Assembly: GCA_963729215.1 (NCBI GenBank)
Contig: CAVSND010000030.1
Coordinates: 74,239-138,238 of the forward strand
DNA length: 64,000 nt
Direction: 5' to 3'
Source: an uncultured Acidobacteriota bacterium
GTDB lineage: Bacteria > Acidobacteriota > Vicinamibacteria > Vicinamibacterales > CAVVIG01
The notes under the pieces were generated by a model. It saw only the letters and a list, made by a program, of their open reading frames with translations. It searched no databases and was not told where the DNA came from. Within the stretch, counting starts at the first letter, position 1. Each line of letters opens with the position of its first letter. Shown piece after piece: positions 37,035-48,976 of this stretch. The translations under genes and the position numbers were made by a program.

Positions 37035-38623
37035 TGGCAGGAGGGGCGGGACTGGCCAGGACGACACACGATATGACCGAGCAGCGACAGATCAACCCGT
37101 GGCTCATCGCCGTGTCGGTGATGCTCGCCACGTTCATGGAAGTGCTCGACACCACCGTGGTCAACGTGTCGCTGCCGCACATCGCGGGCAGCCTGTCCGT
37201 GACCATCGACGAAGCGACGTGGGCGCTGACGTCCTACCTGGTCGCCAACGCCATCATCCTGCCGATGACAGGGTGGCTCGCGAGCGTCTTTGGACGGAAG
37301 AATCTGCTGATGATCTCGGTGGTCGGGTTTACTGCCGCTTCGTTCTTGTGCGGCCTGGCGCCCACGCTTGGCTCGCTCATCTTCTTCCGTATCGTGCAGG
37401 GCGCGACGGGCGGCGCGCTCCAGCCGCTGTCGCAGGCGGTGCTGCTCGAATCATTTTCGCCGCAGGACCGCGGCAAGGCGATGGGCTTCTGGGGCCTGGG
37501 TGTCGTGGTCGCGCCCATTCTCGGCCCCGTGCTCGGCGGCTGGCTGACCGACAGCTACAGCTGGCGCTGGGTGTTCTACATCAACATCCCGGTGGGCATC
37601 GCGTCGCTCGTGATGACGAAGATGTTCATCTTCGATCCGCCGTATTTGAGCCGCGAGAGGCGCAGCATCGACTACTGGGGCATCGGCATGCTGGCCGTCG
37701 GTATCGGCACGCTGCAGTTCGTGCTCGACAAGGGGCAGGAAGCCGACTGGTTTTCGTCGCATCTGATCACGACGCTCGCCGTGATCAGCGCCGTCACATT
37801 GACGGCCCTCGTCTGGCACCTGCTGCGGACCGACGATCCGGTGGTCGATCTCCGCGTGTTCAAGGCGCGCAGCTACGCCGTGGGTGTGTTCCTGATGACG
37901 GTGGTCGGGTTCGTGCTCTACGGCAGCCTGGTCCTGCTGCCGATCATGCTGCAGACGCTGCTCGGCTATCCGTCGCTCCAGGCGGGCATCGCCATGGCGC
38001 CCCGCGGCATCGGATCGTTTTTCTTCATGCCGCTGACGGGCATGATGACCGGCCGGTTCGACGCGCGAAAACTCCTGACGATAGGACTGGTCGTCGGCGG
38101 AGGAACGCTGCTGTGGCTCTCGTACCTGAACCTGCAGGCTGGATACTGGGACATCTTCTGGCCGCAGCTCGTGCAGGGCGCAGGGCTCTCGCTGCTCTTC
38201 GTGCCGTTGACGACGGTCTCCATGGATCCGATTCCACGCGAGAAAATGGGCAACGCGACCAGCCTGTTCAACCTGATGCGCAACATCGGCGGCAGCATCG
38301 GCATCGCGACGACCGGCACGATGATCGCGCGCAACCAGCAGCGCGTGACGGCCACCCTCGGCGCGCACGTCAGCGCCTACGATCCCGCGTCGCAGAACAT
38401 GTTCCTGCAGCTGCGGGCGGGGTTCATGGCGGCCGGGTCGGACGCCGTGACCGCGACCGAACGCGCCTACGCGGCGCTCTTCGGCATGCTGCAGCGCCAG
38501 GCCGCGATGGTGTCGTTCGTCGGACTGTTCCAGACCCTCGGCATCGTCTTCCTGCTGTTGATTCCGCTCGTCCTGCTCATGAAGCGGCCGGGCGGGGGCG
38601 CTCCGGCTGTCGGCGCGCACTGA
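37034..38623 (+). CDS. MFS transporter, DHA2/EmrB family (14 TM)
   Basis: INPWLIAVSVMLATFMEVLDTTVVNVSLPHIAGSL..TSYLVANAI..P..GWL. The start is ATG 37034 (TGATG overlap) or ATG 37073. Confidence 0.85.
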   Translation: MAGGAGLARTTHDMTEQRQINPWLIAVSVMLATFMEVLDTTVVNVSLPHIAGSLSVTIDEATWALTSYLVANAIILPMTGWLASVFGRKNLLMISVVGFTAASFLCGLAPTLGSLIFFRIVQGATGGALQPLSQAVLLESFSPQDRGKAMGFWGLGVVVAPILGPVLGGWLTDSYSWRWVFYINIPVGIASLVMTKMFIFDPPYLSRERRSIDYWGIGMLAVGIGTLQFVLDKGQEADWFSSHLITTLAVISAVTLTALVWHLLRTDDPVVDLRVFKARSYAVGVFLMTVVGFVLYGSLVLLPIMLQTLLGYPSLQAGIAMAPRGIGSFFFMPLTGMMTGRFDARKLLTIGLVVGGGTLLWLSYLNLQAGYWDIFWPQLVQGAGLSLLFVPLTTVSMDPIPREKMGNATSLFNLMRNIGGSIGIATTGTMIARNQQRVTATLGAHVSAYDPASQNMFLQLRAGFMAAGSDAVTATERAYAALFGMLQRQAAMVSFVGLFQTLGIVFLLLIPLVLLMKRPGGGAPAVGAH

Positions 38624-38723
38624 TCGCGCCACCTGCGTCACGGCGATGCACAGGCCTTCAGTTTTTCGAGCGGCGTCCGCCACGAAAGGCGTCGCCAAAG
38701 CCCTGCCGTATCGCGTTCGCGAC

Positions 38724-38732
38724 TGTTAAACT
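38724..38732 (+). promoter_or_regulatory. extended -10-like TGTTAAACT, 6 nt upstream of GTG 38739 (leaderless-type)
   Basis: gacTGTTAAACTgtttcgGTG, with no SD. Confidence 0.4.
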
Positions 38733-38738
38733 GTTTCG

Positions 38739-39905
38739 GTGAGGCGCTTACAGGGGCTCGCGGCGGCGCTGATCGCAGCTCAGCTGTTATGGGTGGCGGT
38801 CCGCGCACAATCCGAGGCGCCGCGCCCGCCCGAGGCATCGCCTCAGCTCGAGACGCCGCGCCAGCCCGAGGCGCCGCGCCAGCCCGATGCGCCGCGTCCC
38901 TCGTTCGCCGAGTTTCTCGCCGGCGTTCGCGCAGAAGCCCTGATGCGCGGGATTCGCGCGGAGGTCCTCGACGAGGCGCTCGCCCACATCGCCGAGCCGA
39001 GCGCCGTGATCCTGGAACGCGACCGTACGCAGGCCGAAGCCGTCCAGCCGCTCGAGCAGTACCTCGATCAGCATGTGACAAAGAAGACGGTGGCGACCGG
39101 CCGCGAGATGCTCGCTCGCCACCACGATCTGCTGGAGCAGATCGGCACCCGCTACGGCGTCGCCCCGTCGGTCATCGTCGGCATCTGGGGCTTCGAATCG
39201 AATTACGGGCGGTTCAACGGCGTTCGCCCGACGATTACCGCGCTCGCCACGCTCGCCTGGGATCCCCGACGATCCGCGCTGTTTCGGGCGGAACTGTTCG
39301 ACGCACTCGCCATTGTCAACCGCGGCGACATCGAACTGGCCAGGCTGAACGGATCGTGGGCCGGCGCGATGGGCCAGGTCCAGTTCATGCCGTCGAGCTA
39401 CCTGAAGTTCGCCGAGGACTTCGACGGCGATGGACGGCGTGATATCTGGACGACGCCCGCGGACATCTTCGCGTCGATCGCGAACTACATGAAGGGCCAC
39501 GGATGGGTCGACGGCGACACCTGGGGCCGCGAGGTCAGCGTGTCCGCGGATGTGCGGCGGCGGATTTCGGGCGAAGTCGAACAGCGCAACGGTACCTGCC
39601 GCGCGACGCGTGACATGACCACGGTCCTTCCCGTCGCGACGTGGCAGGCGCTCGGCGTCCGCACCGCCGCGGGCGGCTCGCTCGCCCCCGGGGCCCCCGA
39701 TGCCGCGCTGGTGACCGGCCCGACGCGCGCCTTCCTGGTCACCCACAACTACGACGCGCTCCTTGAATACAACTGCTCGCATGCCTATGCCATCGGCGTG
39801 AGCCTGCTGTCCGATCGGATCGCCGGCGCCGATGCGGCGCCGCGGACGGCGAAAGCCAAGGCCGCACAGTCTGCTAAACATAAGCCGAAAAAGGGACAGG
39901 CATGA
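38739..39905 (+). CDS. lytic murein transglycosylase (MltB/SLT_2 family) with N-terminal E-A-P-R-Q-P repeat linker
   Basis: YGVAPSVIVGIWGFESNYGRF, GSWAGAMGQVQFMPSSY..A.DFDGDGRRDIW. Five 18-nt tandem units lie at 38814-38903. Confidence 0.85.
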   Translation: MRRLQGLAAALIAAQLLWVAVRAQSEAPRPPEASPQLETPRQPEAPRQPDAPRPSFAEFLAGVRAEALMRGIRAEVLDEALAHIAEPSAVILERDRTQAEAVQPLEQYLDQHVTKKTVATGREMLARHHDLLEQIGTRYGVAPSVIVGIWGFESNYGRFNGVRPTITALATLAWDPRRSALFRAELFDALAIVNRGDIELARLNGSWAGAMGQVQFMPSSYLKFAEDFDGDGRRDIWTTPADIFASIANYMKGHGWVDGDTWGREVSVSADVRRRISGEVEQRNGTCRATRDMTTVLPVATWQALGVRTAAGGSLAPGAPDAALVTGPTRAFLVTHNYDALLEYNCSHAYAIGVSLLSDRIAGADAAPRTAKAKAAQSAKHKPKKGQA

Positions 39906-40375
39906 CAGCCCTCGCCGCCGACGATCGAGGCGTCATCGCCGCGTGCCCGTCGTGCGGACAGAAGAACCGGCTCGCTTACGATCGCCTGAGCGACACCGTC
40001 CGGTGCGGAAAGTGCAAGGGAGAGCTTCCCGCCGCGTCGGCGCCCGTCGAGGTCGCGCACGCGGCCGACTTCGACCAGCTCGTCGCGTCGGCGTCGATTC
40101 CGGTCGTGGTGGACTTCTGGGCGCCGTGGTGCGGACCGTGCCGCATGGTGGCGCCCGAAATCGAAAAGGTCGCTGCCCGCCAGGCCGGCCGTCTCCTCGT
40201 CGTCAAGGTGAACACCGACGCCGTCGAGACGCTGGGCGAACGCCTCGGCATCCGGTCCATACCGACGATGGCCGTTTACAGCGGCGGGCGCGAGATCGCG
40301 CGTACGACTGGCGCGCGCCCGGCCGCCGACATCGAAGCGTTCGTGACGGGAGCCCTGAGCGCTCCGCGCGGCTGA
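39902..40375 (+). CDS. trxC: thioredoxin 2-type thioredoxin with N-terminal zinc-finger
   Basis: CPSCGQKNRL..VRCGKCKGEL zinc finger plus the WAPWCGPC active site. ATGA overlap with the upstream gene. Confidence 0.85.
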   Translation: MTALAADDRGVIAACPSCGQKNRLAYDRLSDTVRCGKCKGELPAASAPVEVAHAADFDQLVASASIPVVVDFWAPWCGPCRMVAPEIEKVAARQAGRLLVVKVNTDAVETLGERLGIRSIPTMAVYSGGREIARTTGARPAADIEAFVTGALSAPRG

Positions 40376-40378
40376 CGC

Positions 40379-40924
40379 GTGGTTCGCGCCGGGCGAATCG
40401 TCCTGCTGCTGCTCCTGCTTCGCTGGACGGGCCTCTTTCTCCTGTGGCCGATGCGCGAAGACGTAATCGGCGCGTCATTCCTCCATCTCATCAACCTGCC
40501 CTTTCATGAAGCCGGCCACATCCTGTTCTCGCCGTTCGGCGAGTTCATGACCACGCTCGGCGGCAGCCTCGCGCAGGTGCTGGTGCCGATCGTCTGCGCC
40601 GGCGCGTTCCTGACCACGAGCTGGAATCCTTTCGGGGCCGCGGTCATGGGATGGTGGGCCGGCGAGAACCTGCTGGACGTGGCCATCTACATCAACGATG
40701 CGCGGGCACTTCAGCTGACGCTCATTGGCGGCCAGACGGGCGCCGAGGTCGAGGGCCACGACTGGGAGCACATCCTGCTCATGACCAACTCGCTGCATCT
40801 CGATCACCGCATCGCGAACATCGCGCAGTTTCTCGGCGCATGCGTGATGATCGCGTGCCTGGTGTGGGGTCTGGTTGTCACGCTGAAGGCGAAGGAAGAA
40901 ACATGGTCCGGCGGAACACGCTGA
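40379..40924 (+). CDS. polytopic membrane protein with HEAGH motif (peptidase M50B-like, putative)
   Basis: LINLPFHEAGHILF is an HExxH motif in a TM context, with 4-5 TM segments. The family assignment is from memory. Confidence 0.45.
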   Translation: MVRAGRIVLLLLLLRWTGLFLLWPMREDVIGASFLHLINLPFHEAGHILFSPFGEFMTTLGGSLAQVLVPIVCAGAFLTTSWNPFGAAVMGWWAGENLLDVAIYINDARALQLTLIGGQTGAEVEGHDWEHILLMTNSLHLDHRIANIAQFLGACVMIACLVWGLVVTLKAKEETWSGGTR

Positions 40925-42529
40925 TTCTCGCAACCGTCGCGGCGCTGATCGCGCTGGCGTCCGCGCCGATGGTGTCGCCGGCCGCGCAGGCGCCGCAGCG
41001 CAGGCTATTCGAGCTCGAGGAAGCCACCATCGCCGATTTGCAGCACCGGATGGAAACCGGGCAGAACACGTCGCGGTCGCTCGTCGAGCAGTACCCTGAC
41101 GAAGATCGGCATGGTCGACGTGGATGGCTCCCAGCTCCGAAGCATCCTCGAGCTCAACCCCGACGCGCTCGCAATCGCCGACGAGCGCGACGCCGAGCGG
41201 CGCGGCGGGCGCGTGCGCGGCCCGCTGCACGGCGTCCCGATCCTGCTCAAAGACAACATCGCGACTGCGGATCGCATGATGACCACCGCCGGATCGCGCG
41301 CCCTGGCGGGCCCGCCGGCACCGGCCGACGCCTTCATCGTCGAGCGCCTCAGAGCCGCGGGGGCGGTCATCCTCGGCAAGACCAACTTGAGCGAGTGGGC
41401 GAATTTCCGATCGACACATTCGTCGAGCGGGTGGAGCGGGCGCGGGGGCCAGACGCGCAACCCGTACGCGCTCGATCGGAACCCGTCGGGATCGAGTTCC
41501 GGATCGGGCGCGGCCGTTGCCGCCAGCCTGGCTGCGGCGGCCATCGGGACCGAGACGGACGGATCGATCGTCTCGCCCTCGAGCAACGCCGCGCTCGTCG
41601 GCATCAAGCCAACGCTGGGGCTCGTGAGCCGGACGGGGATTGTCCCCATCGCGCACAGCCAGGATACCGCGGGGCCCATGGCGCGGACCGTCACCGATGC
41701 CGCGCTGCTGCTGGGCGTGCTCGCGGGAGTGGATCCACAGGATCGCGCAACCAGGGACGCCGCTCGCAGAGGACAGCGCGACTACACGCCGTATCTCAAT
41801 CGCGACGGACTGCGCGGCGCGCGAATCGGTGTCGTCCGGAACCGCCTCTTCGGCTACAGCCCGGCCGCCGATCGTCTGGCCGACGCCGCTATCGCCGACA
41901 TGAAACGCCAGGGCGCCGTCATCGTCGATCCGGCGAATATTCCGACGCTGGGCAAGTTCGACGAGAGCGAGTTCGACGTGCTGCTGTACGAGTTCAAGGC
42001 CGATCTGAACGCGTACCTCGCGTCGCGAGGACCGGCGGCGCCCGTCCACTCGCTGGCAGACGTCATCGCATTCAACAACGGTCACCAGGCCGAGGAGCTG
42101 CAGTACTTCGGTCAGGAAATCCTGACGATGGCCGAGAAGAAGGGGCCGCTCACTGAACAGAAGTACAAGACCGAACTGGCGCGCAACCACCTGCTCGCGC
42201 GCCAGCGCGGGATCGACGCGGTGATGACGAAATACAAGTTGGACGCGCTGGTCGCGCCCACGGGCGGGCCCGCCTGGTTGATCGATCTCGTCAACGGCGA
42301 CGGTGGCACGGCCAGCGCACCCGGACCGTCAACCGTTGCGGCGGTCGCCGGCTACCCGCACATTACCGTGCCGATGGGATACGTGGGCGGTCTGCCGGTC
42401 GGCGTGTCCTTCTTCGGTCGAGCGTGGAGCGAGCCCACGCTCATTCGTCTCGCGTACGCCTACGAGCAGGCCACGAAACACCGGCGTCCGCCGATGTTGG
42501 CTCCGACGGCCGTTCTGACGCGGCCGTAA
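40903..42529 (+). pseudogene. amidase (amidase-signature family), secreted, frame broken at CCC 41094-41096
   Basis: MVRRNTLILATVAALIALASAP..SLVEQY lies in the frame of ORF 40651... LTKIGMVDVDG..GPLHGVPILLKDNI..NPSGSSSGSGAAVAASLAAAAIGTETDGSI lies in ORF 41111..42529. Confidence 0.85.
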
Positions 42530-42548
42530 TTCCCTCGAGCGTGCCTTC

Positions 42549-42594
42549 GTAGCGTCCGCCTTCAGGCGGACGTCCGGCTGAAGCCGGACGCTAC
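42549..42594. repeat. REP-like double-hairpin element (no spacer)
   Basis: GTAGCGTCCGCCTTCAGGCGGAC-GTCCGGCTGAAGCCGGACGCTAC, between convergent genes. Confidence 0.9.
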
Positions 42595-42608
42595 TCGCGC
42601 GCGCCCTA

Positions 42609-43364
42609 CTACGCCCCCAGCGCGCTCTGCCAGACCGCCCGCCCGACGAAAAACGGGCCGAGCCGTTCGAGATAGAGCGACGTCTGCTGCGTCTTCCTCA
42701 TCGTCTGGACGATTGAAGACAGCGGATAGAGGTCCTTCCCGACGAGGCCGACGATGAAGTCGTTGTCGCTCTTGTCGAGGCCGTGGCAGGCGAGGCGGAC
42801 GTCGTGGGCGTAATCCCCCGCACCGTAAGACATGCCGATGGCGCCGTGCTCGGCCAGGATGACGCGCTGCTCGTCGGGCGGCAGCGCCGCGAACCGGCCG
42901 CTCCGGCGAAGCGGATACCAGACCGCCCATTTCCACTGCGGGTTGAGCACCGTGCGCCGCGGCCGGTGCAGGAGCACGTCGGTCAGGTCGGGCTCGTAGC
43001 CGAGCGAATAGCTCCGGCCCAGCATCGTGTACTCGGGCTTCTGCGCAAGAGACGCGAACGGCTGACGGTTGAGCATCGGCCGGACCGAGTCGAGGAAGAA
43101 GTCCGGATCGTCGCTGAAGGTCAGGAGGCCGATGCCGCGCGGGTCGTTGACATCCGCATAGATGACGCCCGACACGCCCGCGGCATCGAGCGCGTCGCCG
43201 ATCAGCCGCATGTCCTGTGTACAACCGCCGAACGCCAGAAACTGCATGAAGAGCCGCCGGTCGAGGCGCTGGGGCTGACCGTCCTTCATGCCGCCCTTCT
43301 CCGCGAGGTCGGGTGGTTCAGGACCGCGTCGGACGGCGGCCGGGTCGGAGGTCGGGTGAGCCAT
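42609..43364 (-). CDS. chlorite dismutase family (Cld/HemQ-like) protein
   Basis: WAVWYPLRRSGRFAALPPDEQRVILAEHGAIGMSYG..DVRLACHGLDKSDNDFIVGL. The start is probably ATG 43364 (MAHPTSDP). The longer ORF to 43532 is unlikely. Confidence 0.7.
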   Translation of the reverse strand: MAHPTSDPAAVRRGPEPPDLAEKGGMKDGQPQRLDRRLFMQFLAFGGCTQDMRLIGDALDAAGVSGVIYADVNDPRGIGLLTFSDDPDFFLDSVRPMLNRQPFASLAQKPEYTMLGRSYSLGYEPDLTDVLLHRPRRTVLNPQWKWAVWYPLRRSGRFAALPPDEQRVILAEHGAIGMSYGAGDYAHDVRLACHGLDKSDNDFIVGLVGKDLYPLSSIVQTMRKTQQTSLYLERLGPFFVGRAVWQSALGA

Positions 43365-43525
43365 GCCGCCCAGTATAATCCGCGCACCGATCCTGATCCG
43401 CCGTCGGCCGCGGACGCGCCCGGCCCGATGATCTACAAAATGATGTAATGCCGACCTTTCCGGGCCTAGCGAAACCCGGGGCTTTCCGATAGGATCCTGA
43501 CCTCGGAGGCTGGAGACGCACAACG

Positions 43526-43900
43526 ATGCCATTCATCATTACCGACCCCTGCATTGAAACAAAGGACACGGCCTGCGTGGACGTGTGCCCGGTCGACTGT
43601 ATTCATCCGCGCAAGGACGAACCCGAATTCGCGCAGGTGACGATGCTCTACATCCACCCGGATGAGTGCATCGACTGCGGCGCATGCGTGCCGGCGTGCC
43701 CGGTGGCGGCGATTTACGAGAGCATCGACGCGACGCCGGCGCACCAGAAGGATCTGATCGAGGCCAACGCGATCTACCGGAACGCCGAACCCGACACGAT
43801 CGCGCGAGCCGAAGAGATCGTCAAGAAACACGTCGCGGACCACGCGGACATCATGGCCGTGCCGGCGGCGGAGCGGCAGGCCGCGCACGCGCGATTCTGA
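43526..43900 (+). CDS. ferredoxin (FdxA-like, [3Fe-4S][4Fe-4S] type)
   Basis: MPFIITDPCIETKDTACVDVCPVDCIH...HPDECIDCGACVPACPVAAI. GGAG lies upstream of the ATG. Confidence 0.85.
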   Translation: MPFIITDPCIETKDTACVDVCPVDCIHPRKDEPEFAQVTMLYIHPDECIDCGACVPACPVAAIYESIDATPAHQKDLIEANAIYRNAEPDTIARAEEIVKKHVADHADIMAVPAAERQAAHARF

Positions 43901-44643
43901 AAATCGCCACCTGGAACGTCAACGGCATCCGGGCGCGTCACGCGCAGGTTCAGGAATGGATCGCGCGGGACCGTCCGGACGTCGTCTGCCTCCAGGAAAT
44001 CAAAGCCACACCCGATCAAATCCCCGAGCTGCTGCTCGATCTCGACGGCTACTGGTGTTACTGGCACGGCGCCAAGGGCTATTCGGGCGTCGGCCTTCAC
44101 GTCAGCCGATCGCTGGCGTCCGAGCGTCCCACCTGTTCCCATCCTGAATTCAATTTCGAAAACCGGATCGCGGCCGTCGAGGTCGGCGAGATCACGGTCG
44201 CGTCCATTTACGTGCCGAACGGCGGGAAGGACTTCCCCGCCAAGATGCGATTCCTCGAGGCGCTCGACGACTACGCGGCTTCGTTCACGGCCAGCGGCCG
44301 GCAGCTGGTGCTCTGCGGGGATCTCAACGTCGCGCGCAGCGAGCAGGACGTGCACCCCAAGGAGCGCAAGCCGAAGGCGATCGGACAGCTGCCGGAAGAG
44401 CGCGCGCTCATCGAGCGCATACTCGGCCGCGGGCTGGTGGACCTCGGACGGGCTCTCGATCCCGCCAACGACGGGATGTTCAGCTGGTGGGCGCCCTGGC
44501 GCAACATGAGGCAGCGCAACATCGGCTGGCGGCTCGACTATGTGCTGGCGACCCACGCGCTTGCATCGCGCGCGCAGAGCTGTCCCGTGCAGGCGGACGT
44601 CGGGACGAGCGACCACGCGCCGGTCATGGCGACGTTCACCTAG
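43897..44643 (+). CDS. xth: exodeoxyribonuclease III
   Basis: LKIATWNVNGIRAR...VVCLQEIK..., GDLNVA, SDHAPV. No canonical start lies near the N-terminus (CTG 43897 / ATT 43894), and the gene overlaps the ferredoxin stop. Confidence 0.85.
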   Translation: MKIATWNVNGIRARHAQVQEWIARDRPDVVCLQEIKATPDQIPELLLDLDGYWCYWHGAKGYSGVGLHVSRSLASERPTCSHPEFNFENRIAAVEVGEITVASIYVPNGGKDFPAKMRFLEALDDYAASFTASGRQLVLCGDLNVARSEQDVHPKERKPKAIGQLPEERALIERILGRGLVDLGRALDPANDGMFSWWAPWRNMRQRNIGWRLDYVLATHALASRAQSCPVQADVGTSDHAPVMATFT

Positions 44644-44668
44644 AGTCCTGCGCAGCTAGAACAATGAA

Positions 44669-44735
44669 CCACGAAGATCACGAAGGTCACGAAGAAGGCT
44701 TAACCTGTAGAGAGAACTTCGTGATCTTCGTGATT
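44669..44735. repeat. palindrome built from CACGAAGAT tandem units (16-bp perfect stem)
   Basis: CACGAAGATCACGAAG (44670-85) pairs with CTTCGTGATCTTCGTG (44717-32). It is followed by the tandem CTGCTCTCGA/CTGCTCTCGC (44742-61). It lies between xth and pepT. Confidence 0.85.
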
Positions 44736-44770
44736 CGAGGATCTGCTCTCGACTGCTCTCGCAACCTGTC

Positions 44771-46016
44771 ATGAGTGACGTCCTCGAGCGGTTTCTGCGC
44801 TACGTGCGGTTCGACACGCGGTCGGACGAGAGCTCGACGACCGTCCCCAGCACCGCCTCCCAGCTGACCTTTCAGCGCCAGCTGGTCGAGGAGTTGAAGG
44901 GGCTCGGGCTCGCTGATGCCGCCCTCGATAACGCACGGTTACGTGATGGCCACCATCCCGGCCACGACGGCCAAGACCGGCGTGCCCGCCATCGGATTCA
45001 TCGCACACGTCGATACGTCACCCGAAATGAGCGGCTCGAACGTCGTGCCCCTCGTGCACGCCCGGTACGACGGCGGGGACATCCGCCTGCCGGACGATCC
45101 GGCGGCCGTCCTGCGGCTGGCCGACAATCCCGCGCTGCGCGCACAGATCGGCCACGACATCGTCACGGCGTCCGGCAACACGCTCCTTGGCGCGGACGAC
45201 AAGGCCGGCGTCGCCGAAATCGTCACGGCCGCCGAGTATCTGATGGCACATCCCGAGATCCCGCACGGGGTCGTCCGGATCGCCTTCACGCCGGACGAAG
45301 AGATCGGACGCGGCGCCACGCACTTCGACGTGCCGAGATTTGGATGCCGGTGTGCCTACACGCTCGATGGCGGCACCCGCGGCGAGGTCGAGAGCGAGAG
45401 CTTCTCGGCCGACGCGATGACACTCACGTTCGACGGCTTCAACACGCACCCCGGCTATGCGAAGGGCCGCATGGTGAACGCGATAAAGGTCGCCGCGGAC
45501 TTCATCCATCACCTGCCCTCCGACCGGCTGTCGCCTGAAATGACAGAGGGGTACGAGGGTTTCGTGCATCCGTACGTCCAGCAGTCAGGCGTCGATCGCA
45601 CCACCGTCCGGCTGATCGTGCGCGACTTCCGCACCGAGGGCCTCAAGGAGAAGGAAGCCCTCGTCGAACGCCTGGCCCGTGAGGCGGCCGCGCGCCATGC
45701 CGGCGCCCGCGTTGAAATCGTCCATCGAGGAACAGGTACCCGGAACATGAAGGCTGTCCTCGACCAGCACCCGGAAGTCGTGGAATACGCGTACGAGGCC
45801 GTCCGCCGCGCGGGTGTCGACGTCCGGGCCACGCCCATCAGGGGCGGCACGGACGGATCGAAGCTGTCGTTCATGGGCCTCCCCACGCCGAATCTGTTCG
45901 CCGGCGAGCACAACTTTCATTCGCGGCTCGAGTGGGTCTCGCGGCAGGACATGGAGAAAGCCGTCGACGTCATCGTCTGGCTCTGCCGCGTCTGGGAGGA
46001 GCGTTCCCCCGTCTAA
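44771..46016 (+). pseudogene. pepT: peptidase T (tripeptide aminopeptidase, M20B), frame broken near 44932
   Basis: MSDVLERFLRYVRFDTRSDESSTTVPSTASQLTFQRQLVEELKGLGLADAALD lies in the first frame. HGYVMATIPATT..IGFIAHVDTSPE..GADDKAGVAEI..FTPDEEIG lies in ORF 44916..46016. Confidence 0.85.
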
Positions 46017-46090
46017 ACGTCTGGCAGGTGCCGCCGGGACACGTTTCAACGAAAAGCGCCCAATCTGGGGTATTCTGTTTCCGTAAGATC

Positions 46091-46837
46091 ATGTCCGATC
46101 ACGAGTTCGAATCAGACCCGCCGCCACAGACCGTCGAGCCGGCTGGCGAAACCAGCTCAGTGGCGCCCGGCGAGCCGGTTCAGGGTGACATCTGGGGCGA
46201 CGCACCGCCCCAACAGACCGAGCTGTCGTCGCCGCCCCGCCTGGATGAGTGGGGTCTGACGGCGCCGCCGGTACTTCCCGATCCGTCAGGTCCGCTTCCC
46301 CCCGCGTCACCGTCCGCGTGGACGCGTGCGGGCCAGGAAATCGTGGCCGGCCTGAAAACGCTCGTGTCCGCCGCCGTCTACGCGACGCTCATCGTGACCT
46401 TCGGCTTTCAGGTCGCACGCGTCGACGGCCTCAGCATGGCACCCACGCTCGAGGATCACGATCGGTTGATCGTGAACAAGCTCGTCTACGAGTTGGGCGA
46501 GCCTCGTCCCGGCGACATCGTCATGCTGTACTACCCGCTCAACCCGGAGAAGATGTTCGTCAAGCGGGTCATCGCCAAGGAAGGCGATTCCGTGCGGATT
46601 GTGGACGGCCACGTCTACGTCAACGACATCCCCCTGCACGACGACTACGTGCCGGAGGACTTCCGCAGCCACGACGACTGGGGCCCGCAGATCGTGCAGC
46701 AGGGCTACTACTTCGTCATGGGCGACCACCGCAACAACAGCTCCGACAGCCGCCACTGGGGTCCCGTGCCGAAGAAGTACATCGTCGGCAAGGTGAAGGT
46801 CAGGTGGTGGCCCCTTCAGGACGCCAAGATCTTCTAG
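46091..46837 (+). CDS. lepB: signal peptidase I
   Basis: GLSMAPTL (Ser box), KRVIAKEGD, GDHRNNSSDSRHWGPVP. The start is ATG 46091. Confidence 0.9.
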   Translation: MSDHEFESDPPPQTVEPAGETSSVAPGEPVQGDIWGDAPPQQTELSSPPRLDEWGLTAPPVLPDPSGPLPPASPSAWTRAGQEIVAGLKTLVSAAVYATLIVTFGFQVARVDGLSMAPTLEDHDRLIVNKLVYELGEPRPGDIVMLYYPLNPEKMFVKRVIAKEGDSVRIVDGHVYVNDIPLHDDYVPEDFRSHDDWGPQIVQQGYYFVMGDHRNNSSDSRHWGPVPKKYIVGKVKVRWWPLQDAKIF

Positions 46838-46838
46838 C

Positions 46839-48809
<1,971 letters not shown>

Positions 48810-48814
48810 CTACG

Positions 48815-48820
48815 ATTCTA
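48815..48820 (-). promoter_or_regulatory. -10-like TAGAAT 11 nt upstream of purA ATG
   Basis: Minus-strand sequence is gaagTAGAATcgtagcccgatATG, with no SD. Confidence 0.35.
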
Positions 48821-48829
48821 CTTCGTAAC

Positions 48830-48864
48830 TGCCGATCTCGTGCCATCTCGTGCCGATCTCGTGG
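48830..48864. repeat. tandem array TGCCGATCTCG x3
   Basis: TGCCGATCTCG TGCCATCTCG TGCCGATCTCG TGG, in the purA upstream region. Confidence 0.8.
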
Positions 48865-48935
48865 ATGAAACGGCTCGAGAAATGTTCAGCGCGCACACGC
48901 CGCGCGAGTCAAGAAAAAAAAGTTTTCATTTTCAA

Positions 48936-48964
48936 TTGACAACGTGCGCGCCGCTTCTTAAGGT
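48936..48964 (+). promoter_or_regulatory. sigma70-type promoter TTGACA-17 nt-TAAGGT preceded by an A/T tract
   Basis: A perfect -35 lies at 48936-41, followed by a 17-nt spacer. The -10 has the conserved T1, A2 and T6. ATG 48977 is 12 nt downstream. The upstream aagaaaaaaaagttttcattttc resembles an UP element. Confidence 0.45.
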
Positions 48965-48976
48965 CTATTCTTTCGC

